Positions 1 to 10,292 of a stretch of DNA of 64,000 bases are shown here, piece after piece (within the stretch, counting starts at the first letter, position 1; every line of letters starts with the position of its first letter). Source of the stretch: Vulcanimicrobiota bacterium (GTDB lineage: Bacteria > Vulcanimicrobiota > Vulcanimicrobiia > Vulcanimicrobiales > Vulcanimicrobiaceae); assembly GCA_963812155.1 (NCBI GenBank), contig CAWETW010000003.1:1152001-1216000 (forward strand). Reading direction: 5' to 3'. The notes below the pieces were generated by a model. That model was not told where the DNA came from, searched no databases, and worked only from the letters and a program-made list of their open reading frames with translations. The position numbers and the translations under genes were made by a program.

Positions 1-734
1 TTGGAACCACTTCGTGTCGAGTGCGCCGATGGTTGAGGCGATTTTGCCTCCGGCGCGCAGGATGACCGCGTTGGCCTGAACCTTCGTGGCATCGCTCACG
101 AGATCGAGCACGGCGTCCACGCCTTGGGGATGCGCCGCCTTCACCGCAGCCGTGACGTCACCGCGATCGTAAGCGACGAACTCGTCGACGCCCAGCGAAT
201 GCGCGAAGGCTTCGTTGCGTGAATGCGCCGTACCGATGACGCGAGCACCGCGATCGTGGGCGATTTGCGCGGCGAATCCGCCGACGCCGCCGGTCGCACC
301 GGCGATGAAGAGCGTCGTACCGTTCGTGACACCGAGGATTTCGATACCGGCGAGGGCCGTGAGGCCCGCGGTCGGCAGTGAGGCTGCGTCGGCGTCCCCG
401 ACGTCGTCGGGGATCTTGGCAACCGGTTGCGGATGGTCGTCTTCGGGGACGACGGTGTATTGCGCGTACGATCCGTGGTCACGCGCGACACCGAAGACAC
501 GCTCGCCGTGCGATACGAGCGCACGTCTCTTCCCACGTCGCTGACGACGCCGGCAAAGTCTTGTCCGAGGACGAAAGGGGTCGCGCGCTGGCCGCGCTCG
601 CGGATCTTCCAATCTATGGGATTGACGCTCGCGGCAGTGACGCGCACGAGTAGTTCGTTGGGGCGCGGCTGCGGCTGCGGCATCTCGACGATCGAGGCCG
701 GCGCGCCACGGTGCTCGACGACGGCAGCTTTCAT
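1..734 (-). CDS. NADPH:quinone oxidoreductase / MDR family oxidoreductase (3' end outside window; one frameshift near 507)
   Basis: MKAAVVEHRG...VRVTAASVNPIDWK...LGQDFAGVV, then continues in a shifted frame GERVFG...IAGATGGVGGFAAQIA (NADPH-binding motif). Confidence 0.85.
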
Positions 735-790
735 TTCCTCATGATTCCCCACTGCGGGCAGATTGCTCGAGACCACCCGCTCAATGAAGC

Positions 791-819
791 TTGACATGCG
801 AACATATGTTCGCTATTTT
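791..819 (+). promoter_or_regulatory. sigma70 promoter of dnaE2 with an SOS (LexA) box in the spacer
   Basis: TTGACA (791-796), 17 nt, TATTTT (814-819). Perfect palindrome GCGAACATATGTTCGC (798-813) matches the CGAAC-N4-GTTCG LexA box. Confidence 0.85.
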
Positions 820-855
820 TAATGCCCTACCTTTGGCCTTGGGGCCGGCATCGAG

Positions 856-3800
856 ATGTACGCGGAGCTGCATTCCTGGTCGAATTTCACGTTTTTAGAG
901 GCTGGATCGCACCCTGAGGAGCTGGTCGACCGGGCGGCCGGCCTTGGGCTGGCCGGGCTCGCACTGACCGACCGGGACGGGCTCTATGGTGCCGTCCGGT
1001 TCGCGGGGCGGGCGCGGGAACGGGGGATTGCCGGGATCGTCGGCAGCGAGTTGACGTTCGGCGGCGAGGACGACCGGTATGCGGGATCGCGCATCGTGCT
1101 GCTGGTCGAAAACGCGCGGGGGTATGCCAATCTCTGCGAACTGATTTCGCGCGCGCAACTGCGCGGCAGCAAGGGCGACGCGCGGTTGCAGATGGGCGAT
1201 TTCGACGGCCGAAGCGACGGATTGACGGCGCTCTCGGGCGGCGAGTGCGGGCGCGTCGAACGCGCCTTGCGCGACGGTTCTGAGACGGCTTCCTCCGAGA
1301 TTCGCCGGCTTCGCGAGATCTTCGGCGAGCGGTTCCATCTCGAACTGCAGCAGCATCTCACCGAAGAAGAAACCCGGCGCAACGCGCAGCTGACGGCACT
1401 CGGGCGCACGCTGCACGTGCCGTGCGTGGCGACCAACGCGGTTGCGTATGCGTTGAAGGAGCACGCGCCGATTGCCGACGTGCTGCGCTGCGTCAAACTT
1501 GGCACCACGCTCGAACGAGCGCGTGCGGAGAACGTGTTGCGCCCCAATGCGGAGTTTTACGTGAAATCCGCCGACGCGATGCGGCGGCTGTTTGCACCGT
1601 ATCCGGAGGCGGTCGCGCGCACGGTGGAGATTGCCAACCGCTGCCGCTTTCGGCTCGAGCGGCTGACGGGGCAGTTTCCGCTCTTTCCGGTGGAAGAAGG
1701 GAAGACGCGGCAGTCGTATTTACGCGAATTGGTATATCGCGGGGCGGCGACGCGATATGGGGCGCCGCTGCATTCCGACGTCGAACGTCAACTCGAGTAC
1801 GAGCTCGGAATCATCGCGCGCATGGACCTGGCCGGCTATTTCCTGATCGTGTGGGACATCGTGCAGGAAGCGATGCGCCTGGGCGTGCTCTGTCAGGGAC
1901 GCGGTTCGGCGGCGAATTCGGCGGTCTGTTACGCGTTGGGAATTACGGCCGTAGATCCGATCGGGATGAAGCTATTGTTCGAGCGTTTCATGTCTGAGGA
2001 GCGGCGCGAGATTCCCGACATCGACATCGATTTCGCGCATCAGGATCGCGAGAAGGTGATTCAATACGTATACGAGCGCTACGGACGTTCGAATGCGGCG
2101 ATGACGGCCGAAGTGATTGCGTATCACGAGCGCTCCGCGTTGCGGGACGTTGCGAAGACGTTTGGTTACACGGTGGAAGAAGTCGACGCACTCGCGAAGG
2201 AACTGTCGGCGAGCGAATCGCTCGACGCTGCCGTTGCGGGGCGCTGCGCTCAGGATGACACGGTGAGGCACGACATCCCTGAGATTTGCAGGCGGGTCGA
2301 GAATTTTCCGAGGCACATGGGAATCCATTCGGGCGGCATGGTGCTGACGCGCGATCCGCTGGTGCGAGTGGCGCCGGTGGAGTGGGCGACGATGCGCGAT
2401 CGCACGATCATCCAGTGGGATAAGGACGATCTTCAGGAGCTGGGGCTCATCAAAATCGATTTGCTCGGTTTAGGGATGCTGTCGCTGCTTCGCGAAGCCT
2501 TCTCGCTGCATCGGCGATGCTACGGCAGCGACCTGACGCTGCATGCGATTCCGGCCGGTGACAAACCGACGTACGAGATGATTTCGCGCGCCGACACGGT
2601 CGGCGTCTTTCAAATCGAATCGCGCGCGCAGCAGTCGATGCTGCCGCGGATGAAGCCGGCGTGTTTTTACGACATCGTCATGCAGGTGGCGATCATTCGT
2701 CCGGGGCCGATTCAAGGACAGATGGTGCATCCGTTCCTGCGGCGGCGCGCGGGATTGGAGCAGGTCAGCTATCCGCATCCGAAGCTCAAGCCGGTGCTCG
2801 AGCGGACGATGGGCGTGCCGCTCTTTCAAGAGCAGGGCATGCGGATGGCGATCGAGGCGGCCGGCTTCACGCCGGGTGAGGCCGACCAACTGCGGCGTGC
2901 GATGGGCCATAAACGCTCGCGCGCGCGCATGCTCGAAATCTATCCGCGCCTGATCGACGGCATGGTGGCCAACGGCATCGAGCGCGTCGCGGCCGAGCAG
3001 TTGTTTCACATGCTCGAAGGTTTTGCCGATTACGGATTTCCGGAATCGCACGCCGCGAGTTTCGCGCTGCTGGCATACGCGTCGGCGTACGTCAAATGCC
3101 GCTTTCCGGCGATCTTCGCCGCCGCGATTCTCAACGTGCAGCCGATGGGTTTTTACTCGACCGAAGTGCTGGTGAACGACGCCCGGCGGCACGGCGTGGT
3201 CGTAAAGCCGGTGGAGGTGAACGCAAGCGAGTATTGGTCGCACGTCGACGAAGGCGGAGCGTTGCGCTTGGGATTCCACGTGATTCGCGGTTTGGGCGAA
3301 GTGCAGCGCAAGCGTTTGGAGGCCGCGCTGGGCGGCGTCGGACGGTTGAAGCACGTGTTCCGGGATTTACTCGATTTCGCGCAACGCACGCGGTTGGAGA
3401 AGGAGGCGATGGAGAATCTCGCGGTTGCCGGCGCTTTTGCGCCGTGGTGCGGGTCGCGACGCGAAGCGATGTGGGCGTTGCGGGCACTCGACGAACGCGA
3501 GACGCGCGGCGAACTCGGGCGCTTGATGGACGTCGAGGAGCCGGCTGCGACGTTTTCACCGTTGAGTCCGCGCGAGGAAACGGGCTTCGATCTGTGGTCG
3601 ACCGGCGTGGCACCGCGCGGCCAAATGATGATGCACTTCCGCTCGCAGCTCGATGCACTGCGGGTAATTCCGGCGGCGCAGTTGGCCGAGATGCCGAACA
3701 ATCTCGTGTGCCGCGTCGGCGGCTTGGTGATTACGCGGCAGAAGCCGGGGACGGCCAAGGGCTTCGTCTTCTTAACGCTGGAGGACGAAACCGGGCTGGT

Positions 3801-3984
3801 GAACGTCATCGTACGCCCCGACGTCTACGAGCGCTATCGTCGGACGATTCGCAGCGCCGCGATGCTGGTCATCGACGGGAAGCTGCAAAAGGAAGCCGGC
3901 TGCATCGACGTCATCGCGCGACATTTCGATGCGTTTGAGGACCACGGCATCGCGGGCGGCGTCCGCGCCCATAACTTTCATTAA
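856..3984 (+). CDS. dnaE2: error-prone DNA polymerase DnaE2 (ImuC)
   Basis: PHP N-terminus YAELH..SNF.FL, GRGSAANS, catalytic PDIDID, YGFPESHAASFA, C-terminal AHNFH resembling the SRDFH tail of DnaE2. Confidence 0.95.
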   Translation: MYAELHSWSNFTFLEAGSHPEELVDRAAGLGLAGLALTDRDGLYGAVRFAGRARERGIAGIVGSELTFGGEDDRYAGSRIVLLVENARGYANLCELISRAQLRGSKGDARLQMGDFDGRSDGLTALSGGECGRVERALRDGSETASSEIRRLREIFGERFHLELQQHLTEEETRRNAQLTALGRTLHVPCVATNAVAYALKEHAPIADVLRCVKLGTTLERARAENVLRPNAEFYVKSADAMRRLFAPYPEAVARTVEIANRCRFRLERLTGQFPLFPVEEGKTRQSYLRELVYRGAATRYGAPLHSDVERQLEYELGIIARMDLAGYFLIVWDIVQEAMRLGVLCQGRGSAANSAVCYALGITAVDPIGMKLLFERFMSEERREIPDIDIDFAHQDREKVIQYVYERYGRSNAAMTAEVIAYHERSALRDVAKTFGYTVEEVDALAKELSASESLDAAVAGRCAQDDTVRHDIPEICRRVENFPRHMGIHSGGMVLTRDPLVRVAPVEWATMRDRTIIQWDKDDLQELGLIKIDLLGLGMLSLLREAFSLHRRCYGSDLTLHAIPAGDKPTYEMISRADTVGVFQIESRAQQSMLPRMKPACFYDIVMQVAIIRPGPIQGQMVHPFLRRRAGLEQVSYPHPKLKPVLERTMGVPLFQEQGMRMAIEAAGFTPGEADQLRRAMGHKRSRARMLEIYPRLIDGMVANGIERVAAEQLFHMLEGFADYGFPESHAASFALLAYASAYVKCRFPAIFAAAILNVQPMGFYSTEVLVNDARRHGVVVKPVEVNASEYWSHVDEGGALRLGFHVIRGLGEVQRKRLEAALGGVGRLKHVFRDLLDFAQRTRLEKEAMENLAVAGAFAPWCGSRREAMWALRALDERETRGELGRLMDVEEPAATFSPLSPREETGFDLWSTGVAPRGQMMMHFRSQLDALRVIPAAQLAEMPNNLVCRVGGLVITRQKPGTAKGFVFLTLEDETGLVNVIVRPDVYERYRRTIRSAAMLVIDGKLQKEAGCIDVIARHFDAFEDHGIAGGVRAHNFH

Positions 3985-3994
3985 ATGCCGGACG

Positions 3995-5395
3995 TTAGAT
4001 CCTCGCCACCACCGGAGGATTCCAACTGCCGTCAAGAGCTGTGGCGCCGGGGGCGTAGAGCCGCATCGTTAGGTTGAACGCGCCGCCGGGCGCTGGAAGC
4101 CAGTTCGTTTCCATTCCAGCCCCCGGAGTGTCGTGCTGGAAATAGAGATCGAGCGAACCGTCGTCGTTAGTCTTTAGCGGCATCCAACTGCTGATTGCAA
4201 AACGGTTGAGTGCGTTTGCGACTTGGAATCCGTCGGCATCGTAGAGCGTGATCGACCAGAATGCTTGAGCCGGCGGCAGCGCGCCTTTCGCAAAGTGAAT
4301 CTTGTAGCGGTTGGTTCCGTCAAGCGGCTTGCCGGTGTTGTCGGCAAGATTGATCGGATAAATGGCATCCTCGGGGAGATTCGCTCCTAATCCCACTTGC
4401 GCGACGAGCGCGCGTTTCAGGTAGAAGTTGCCGTAGACTCCCATCGTATTGACGTTCATCTGCCAGCCGTTGAAGACCGGCGCCATCTTCGGGAGATAGG
4501 TCTGCATGAGCTTCTGGGCATCCGCGGGAGCTTGCATGAAGGCTTGTTTGACGCTCGGGTCGAGCGCGTTGAAATTGAGGCTGTGACCGGCCACGAACCC
4601 GAGACGATTGAGTTGCGCGACGATCGGCTCGTCGGTGACGTGCGGCGGCTGTCGTTTCAGTAGTTCCGCGGCATACGTAAAGTACTTGTCGCCGGACATC
4701 GTGTCGACTTGCTGCTTGGGCGGCCTCGTCATATCGACGTTCGGATCGACCGTAACGCTGACGGGCGCCGGCGCTTTTCCCCAAGCCGCCAGCGGTGTCA
4801 TTTTATAGCCTGCCTGAATGGCGCGCACGGCATTGTAATCGGCGGGGCCGTCGGTCTTGGTCCGGCCGATGATCCACACGTACGGCGTCGGCGCATTGAT
4901 GAGCGTTACGCCGTCGGGCAACGCGCCGCTCCAGCCCGGTGGCGTTACGGCAAAGTTTCCCGCCTGCGTTCCCGTCGTACGCCAGCCGGGCGATGCGAAG
5001 ACGTCGGACCACATATCGAGCATAGGGAACAGGTAGTAACGTCCGTTCGTATCCGGAACGGAAACGATGACCGGACCGCCAATCAGGTCGAGCCATCCTG
5101 ACGAATACAGCGTATCGAAATTGGGCCGCACGACGGTTTTGAAGTTTGCCGGCGGGTACTCCGGGATGTTGGCAAACGTATTCATCGGGCCTTTGCCGAT
5201 CTCTTTACCTGCGGCCACGTTCGTCGACTGCAGCCGCGTGAGGTCCATCGTGATGAGCGGATAAAAGTACAGGTACGCATTGACCGCGACGTCGTGCGCG
5301 TCTTGCGCCGGCACCTGGGCAGCTTGAGCGCTCGCGACCGGATCCGTAGCGAAGGACGCGGCAAATAGCGTGAGGTCGATAGCTAATCTACGCAT
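3995..5395 (-). CDS. DUF1254/DUF1214 family secreted protein
   Basis: signal peptide; VVRPNFDTLYSSGWLDL, GANLPEDAIYP, FWSITLYD, NWLPAP..F.LTMRLY. Confidence 0.9.
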   Translation of the reverse strand: MRRLAIDLTLFAASFATDPVASAQAAQVPAQDAHDVAVNAYLYFYPLITMDLTRLQSTNVAAGKEIGKGPMNTFANIPEYPPANFKTVVRPNFDTLYSSGWLDLIGGPVIVSVPDTNGRYYLFPMLDMWSDVFASPGWRTTGTQAGNFAVTPPGWSGALPDGVTLINAPTPYVWIIGRTKTDGPADYNAVRAIQAGYKMTPLAAWGKAPAPVSVTVDPNVDMTRPPKQQVDTMSGDKYFTYAAELLKRQPPHVTDEPIVAQLNRLGFVAGHSLNFNALDPSVKQAFMQAPADAQKLMQTYLPKMAPVFNGWQMNVNTMGVYGNFYLKRALVAQVGLGANLPEDAIYPINLADNTGKPLDGTNRYKIHFAKGALPPAQAFWSITLYDADGFQVANALNRFAISSWMPLKTNDDGSLDLYFQHDTPGAGMETNWLPAPGGAFNLTMRLYAPGATALDGSWNPPVVARI

Positions 5396-5595
5396 ATCCT
5401 ACGCTTATTGGCGTACGCTTCACTGCGGTCCTATATTATCGCTGGACCCGACGGAAGAAATGCGTAAAGAGCGTAGGTAACGTAAATAACGAGTCGATTT
5501 GATGTCCCGGTTCAATCGAGATTTCCATGGTTGCGTGGAAAAAGGTGCTCGCCGGAGGCGACGCAATCACCGCTGAAGGCAGAAAGGAGGCAAAG

Positions 5596-5970
5596 GTGCG
5601 ACCCACATTAGCCATCATCGCGTCGGCGGTTTGGGGCGCATTGCTGGTTCCGGGACTGTTGGGCGCGGCGCTCTCTCCGATGTTCTTCGACGCGCCGGGA
5701 TCGATGAACAATCCGATCGCGTGGCTCAATGCGGCCATTATCGTCTCGTTCCCGTTGCTCTGTTGCGTCGCAATCGCCGGTTCGTGGATCGTGTGGGCCG
5801 CGCGCCGCAATCGGGAGCCTTCCAAGGCTTCGACCGCGGCAACGATCGCGGTCGCAGCGCTGCCGCTGCTGCCTATCGGGTACGTCACAATCGCGCTCGC
5901 CATCGAAACGATCGGCGTGATGGCGAGCGGTCAGCCGATGGGGCTGCATAGCACCATTATCAGCCATTGA
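5596..5970 (+). CDS. small membrane protein (3 TM)
   Basis: AAAGGAGG SD before GTG 5596; hydrophobic helices with SPMFFDAPGS loop. Confidence 0.65.
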   Translation: MRPTLAIIASAVWGALLVPGLLGAALSPMFFDAPGSMNNPIAWLNAAIIVSFPLLCCVAIAGSWIVWAARRNREPSKASTAATIAVAALPLLPIGYVTIALAIETIGVMASGQPMGLHSTIISH

Positions 5971-6049
5971 TGGGCTCGCTACGCGCTTCGACGTCCGTCC
6001 CCATACCGAGCCACGCCATTATTTTGCCGGTTTTCGGGTAAGAAGGGGC

Positions 6050-6664
6050 ATGATTGAAAGCAGCTTTAGACGCCGAGCCGGCGGTGGCTCCGCCACCGCA
6101 GTTGCTGTAGCCCTACAAATCTGTGTCGCCGGTTTGATATCGATCGCCGGGTGTACCCACCATAAAGACGCCATCCAAGAACTCGATTCTGCAGTAGCGC
6201 CGTTCACGCAGTCGAGGGACGAAGCGATTCAGCTCGTCGGCGCTGCGAAACATTCTTTGGGGGCAGCCGATCTGAATACGCTCGCGGTCGACTATTCGGC
6301 ACTCGAGGATAAGGGAAACGCGTACGCGGGATTCTTGTCGGAATCTCTTAGCATCGAATCGTTTGATGCGGATAGAAATGCCAAATATGCCGCGGGGCTC
6401 ACTCAGGCAATCAAGAGCTTCAACAAGTCGTTTGCGACGGTTCGCCCCGCAAAACAAAGCACAGCGATCGTACAAGCCGCTTGGATACCCGCGTTTTCCG
6501 ATTCCATAGCAGCATACTGGAAGCAGTACCAGGCCGGTGCGGGGCAACTATCGCCGCAAACCAAAGCAGACTTACTGAAAGAACTGAAGGCGAAGACGGT
6601 GTGGCCGAACTATGAGAATATTGCGACGGAGGCCCTTTCGACGCCCCCGACGCACGCGCCTTAA
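6050..6664 (+). CDS. hypothetical lipoprotein
   Basis: hydrophobic stretch ending IAGC lipobox; helical body. Confidence 0.6.
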   Translation: MIESSFRRRAGGGSATAVAVALQICVAGLISIAGCTHHKDAIQELDSAVAPFTQSRDEAIQLVGAAKHSLGAADLNTLAVDYSALEDKGNAYAGFLSESLSIESFDADRNAKYAAGLTQAIKSFNKSFATVRPAKQSTAIVQAAWIPAFSDSIAAYWKQYQAGAGQLSPQTKADLLKELKAKTVWPNYENIATEALSTPPTHAP

Positions 6665-6732
6665 CGCGCCGTTTGCCGAGGAGATCGCGTACTCCGAAGG
6701 GGATTTAAGCGATCGGCGCGGATTGTTAGCGC

Positions 6733-8526
6733 ATGATTCGCACGACATTGATGGTCGCTTTCGCCGGGTTTTTGAGCCTGGCGCTCCCGGCCGGGGCACA
6801 AACCGCACGCACGCCGGTGAGCGACGAGACGCAGCTTCCCCGCGTTTCGTATCCAATGCCAACCCCGCCGTCGGCATTCTTGACGGCGAGCGATGCGTCG
6901 TTTGCGCCGTTTCTCGCTTCGGTCGAGGCGGACGTCGCTAAGACGCTTGCGACGTACGATATTCAAGACAAAGCGACGTTGCGGGACTACCTCGCGACGC
7001 AGTTGGCCGGCAATTTGTTGAACGGCGACGCCGCCGCAGTCCGTACGTCGGTGGCGCAGCTGCGCGCCGCCGAGACGAAGGCCGCGAGCGCGTTGCTGGC
7101 GGGCCGGCTGCAACTCGCATCGTTGTCTGGCGCCACGGGCTTCGCTGCCGCCGATCGCGCGGCGGTCGACGTGCTGCCGTGGAACGTGGTCGGCGATTCG
7201 GTGAAGGCAATGGCGGGCTTCGAACCAGTCCTGACGCGCGACGCGATCGCCGGCGGCGTTGCCCACGATCTCGATTCGATCGCAGCGAAAACCGGAACGC
7301 TCGACGGACCGTCCGCGAGGGAGCTGGTGCAGCGGCGCGCGCAGCTCCTGCTTCTCCCCTACTACCCGCAAGACGCGGACATCTTGGCGACCTACATTGC
7401 TAAGCACAACGTCACGAAGCCGGACATTTGGGGCACGCGCGACGTGACGCTCTCGTCTTCGCAGATCAAAGCGCCGGTCCTAATCGGGATTCTCGACTCC
7501 GGAGTCGATCCGCACGACTACGGCGCGTTGATGTACGGCGGTGCGACGGCTGCGCAGCACGGTCTAGCATTTGCCGACGACGGTACGGCGTCGACATCGG
7601 ATACGTTCCCGCTGCCGCCCGATGTGGCGGCCGATTATCCGCGGCTCGTCAAGTTGATGACCGGCACGAGCGACATGGAGAGCGGCGTTATCTCGGCGGA
7701 GGCGCGCAGTGCCGCAACCTACCTGCGCTCGCTGAATGCGACGCAGCGCGATGCGTTCGAGCGCGAGATGGACTTCGTGGATGAATACGCGCATGGGTCG
7801 CACGTCGCCGGGATCGCGTCGCGCGGGAATCCGGGCGCGCGCATCGTCGTCCTTCGCTTCGACGATAATTTACCGAACCTGCCGTTTGCGCCGACGACCG
7901 AGTGGGCGAACCGAATGGCCGCCGACTTCTCGAGCATCGGCGCGTTTCTCCGCGACAGCCATGTCCGGGTCGTCAATATGAGCTGGGGCGACCAAGTCAG
8001 CGAGTTCGAAGAGTGGCTGGCGCGTACGGCCACGATTTCGAGTCCGGAAGAGCGCAAGACGAAGGCACAAGAGTTGTATTCGATTTGGCGCACGGCGATC
8101 GCGAACATGATTGCCGATACGCCGGAAACGCTCTTTGTGGCGGCCGCGGGAAATGGCGACAACGACGCGAGCTTTGCCCAGGACGTTCCGGCATCGTTGA
8201 CCTACGCGAATCTCCTCACGGTTGGCGCCGTCAATCAAGCAGGTGAGGCGACGAGCTTCACGAGCTACGGGCCGACCGTAGCCGTCTATGCCGACGGCTT
8301 TCATGTGCCCAGCAAAATTCCGCAGGGCTACACGGTGAAGTTTTCAGGTACCTCGATGGCGGCACCCAACGTGACGAATCTCGCGGCGAAGTTGTTTGCG
8401 CTCGATCCCAGTCTGACGCCTGGGCAGGTGCGCGATCTGATCGTTCGCGGCGCGACGCCGGTAAGCGGCTCGAATCTCAAACTCATCGATCCGAAACAAA
8501 GCGCCACGCTATTACGGAAAACGTAG
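6733..8526 (+). CDS. secreted S8 (subtilisin-like) serine peptidase
   Basis: signal peptide; catalytic ILDSG, HGSHVAGI, GTSMAAP; AAGN oxyanion motif. Confidence 0.95.
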   Translation: MIRTTLMVAFAGFLSLALPAGAQTARTPVSDETQLPRVSYPMPTPPSAFLTASDASFAPFLASVEADVAKTLATYDIQDKATLRDYLATQLAGNLLNGDAAAVRTSVAQLRAAETKAASALLAGRLQLASLSGATGFAAADRAAVDVLPWNVVGDSVKAMAGFEPVLTRDAIAGGVAHDLDSIAAKTGTLDGPSARELVQRRAQLLLLPYYPQDADILATYIAKHNVTKPDIWGTRDVTLSSSQIKAPVLIGILDSGVDPHDYGALMYGGATAAQHGLAFADDGTASTSDTFPLPPDVAADYPRLVKLMTGTSDMESGVISAEARSAATYLRSLNATQRDAFEREMDFVDEYAHGSHVAGIASRGNPGARIVVLRFDDNLPNLPFAPTTEWANRMAADFSSIGAFLRDSHVRVVNMSWGDQVSEFEEWLARTATISSPEERKTKAQELYSIWRTAIANMIADTPETLFVAAAGNGDNDASFAQDVPASLTYANLLTVGAVNQAGEATSFTSYGPTVAVYADGFHVPSKIPQGYTVKFSGTSMAAPNVTNLAAKLFALDPSLTPGQVRDLIVRGATPVSGSNLKLIDPKQSATLLRKT

Positions 8527-8581
8527 CGCTCGAACTACACGTCTGAAATGTCGACGACGAGGCCGGGAAGTTCGAAAACGC

Positions 8582-9154
8582 TTACAGTAGAAACGGAACG
8601 AGCATTTTCGTTCGCTTGACGTAGGCGGGATACTCCTTCGGGAACTGCTTTATCATACTTCGCTCTTCAGCTTTAGCAGCATAGGCGAAATACGCTAAGA
8701 AAACTCCGAGCAGAAGGATCCTTGGGAACCAATTTACGAGCGTCGATCCGGTGAATGCGAGCAGGATGCCGGTGTAAATCGGATGCCGCACGTAGGCGTA
8801 CGGACCCGTAGTCACGAGTTCGTGCCGCACGCGTAGGGACATGGGCATGCCCCAATTCCGTCCGAGATGCGTTCGTGCCCAGATTGCAATGGCGATTCCA
8901 AGCGCACAGATCCCGACGCCGACGCTCCCCGTAACGATGCCGACACTCGTTACGGCGTGGGGTGCGTGCGTCCCGACTTGTCCGCGGAATGACATCCGCA
9001 GCAACAAAATGATTCCGAAGGCGAGCGCCGTGCAAAAAATCGCTCCCTTCCACCATGTTCCGCCGGCGTTCCGCTTTGCGAGCATCGCTGCGACGAGCCA
9101 GTAGATAATGAGGATGAGCCATAGGCCCGTCGTCGCTTGGGCGAACGTAATCAT
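8582..9154 (-). CDS. isoprenylcysteine carboxylmethyltransferase-family membrane protein
   Basis: LVTTGPYAYVRHPIYTG and EE..M...F..EYPAY motifs. Confidence 0.9.
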   Translation of the reverse strand: MITFAQATTGLWLILIIYWLVAAMLAKRNAGGTWWKGAIFCTALAFGIILLLRMSFRGQVGTHAPHAVTSVGIVTGSVGVGICALGIAIAIWARTHLGRNWGMPMSLRVRHELVTTGPYAYVRHPIYTGILLAFTGSTLVNWFPRILLLGVFLAYFAYAAKAEERSMIKQFPKEYPAYVKRTKMLVPFLL

Positions 9155-9435
9155 GTGTAACCGCGCGAGCGAAGCCATGCCGGCATGCACTTGTCTTACG
9201 AGAGTGCCATCGCCGAAGTTTCATGGCTTTGCCGTGCGGTGACAGTTTGCAGGTTTCGAGCCGCTAGTTGTACGTGTGGCCGCTATTGGTGCTATAGGTG
9301 ACGCCTGCCGGGGAGATGCTCGTGATCTTCCAGATCAGGTCGCCGGCGATGTCGGTCTTACCCTTCCCTTCTCCATTGGGGCCGATCGTGGTTTCCCGGC
9401 AGGCCGAGAATTTTCAAACGCGAACGGGCGCGCCC

Positions 9436-9933
9436 ATGAGTAGCGAATCACCGATGGAACGCATCGCTCGGGAACAAGACAGGATCGACACCGACGCGGC
9501 GCCCGATCGCGACCGCAGGAACCGCGAGTTGAAAGAGCACGCAGACGCGGCCGCACCGGTAGTGGCGGAAGAGATCGCGGCCATGCTCGACCGCTTCATG
9601 GGCAAAGGAAGCTCCGACTTTCAGCAGCTCAGCGAAGACTTTGGATCTCCGCGCCGGCGTCGATTCACGCTTGAGAAGCGGAGCGACGTCGCGGGTTTCT
9701 GGGCAACCATCGAGCTCGAGGTTTTGATCCAGGACACCACGCCCATTACGTACGATCTGCGGGCCGGTGTCTTTTGTGAGCTTAGCGCCGAACGTCGATC
9801 GGCGACGCGCTCGTTGCGAGTCACACGCGGCGAGGACGATGTTCCACATCTCGATGAAACGTCGCTCGCGGAAATCATTCCAAAGCTGCGAGCGCAACTC
9901 GTAAAGGCGGAACGCGAGAGTCTCGATCACTAG
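9436..9933 (+). CDS. hypothetical protein
   Basis: open frame with plausible composition; no recognisable motif. Confidence 0.5.
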   Translation: MSSESPMERIAREQDRIDTDAAPDRDRRNRELKEHADAAAPVVAEEIAAMLDRFMGKGSSDFQQLSEDFGSPRRRRFTLEKRSDVAGFWATIELEVLIQDTTPITYDLRAGVFCELSAERRSATRSLRVTRGEDDVPHLDETSLAEIIPKLRAQLVKAERESLDH

Positions 9934-10039
9934 ATAACACGGCCCGGCGACTCGACTGCGCCGCCATACTGCGATGAATCCGCTAAGCTGCGTTGCATTG
10001 CCTATGGAGCAGCGACCTGCTCAAATGAGGTGTTCGGAT

Positions 10040-10280
10040 ATGTCTCTCGAGCTGTGGGATACAGTTGTCGACCGTTGGCACGTTTCTCGTCATAACGGCA
10101 ACGGCTCTAGCCGCTATCGTGCAACTACGTCACATGCGCGGCGGCAACCAGATTGTCTTGTCCCAAGATTGGACTGCCGCGCTCTCGGACGGCAACTACC
10201 CTCACAACGTTCGCCGAATCGACCTTTCCAACGAATTCCACAGCGCCGACGAGCAGTATGCGGCTGCACTTGAAAAATAA
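10040..10280 (+). pseudogene. internally deleted member of a DUF4760-like membrane-anchored family
   Basis: MSLELW..., then frameshift, GTFLVITATALAAIVQLRHMRGGNQI fused directly to the typical C-terminus VLSQDW...YP..VRRI...ADEQYAA; family assigned from recall. Confidence 0.6.
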
Positions 10281-10292
10281 CGCGGGTACGGA

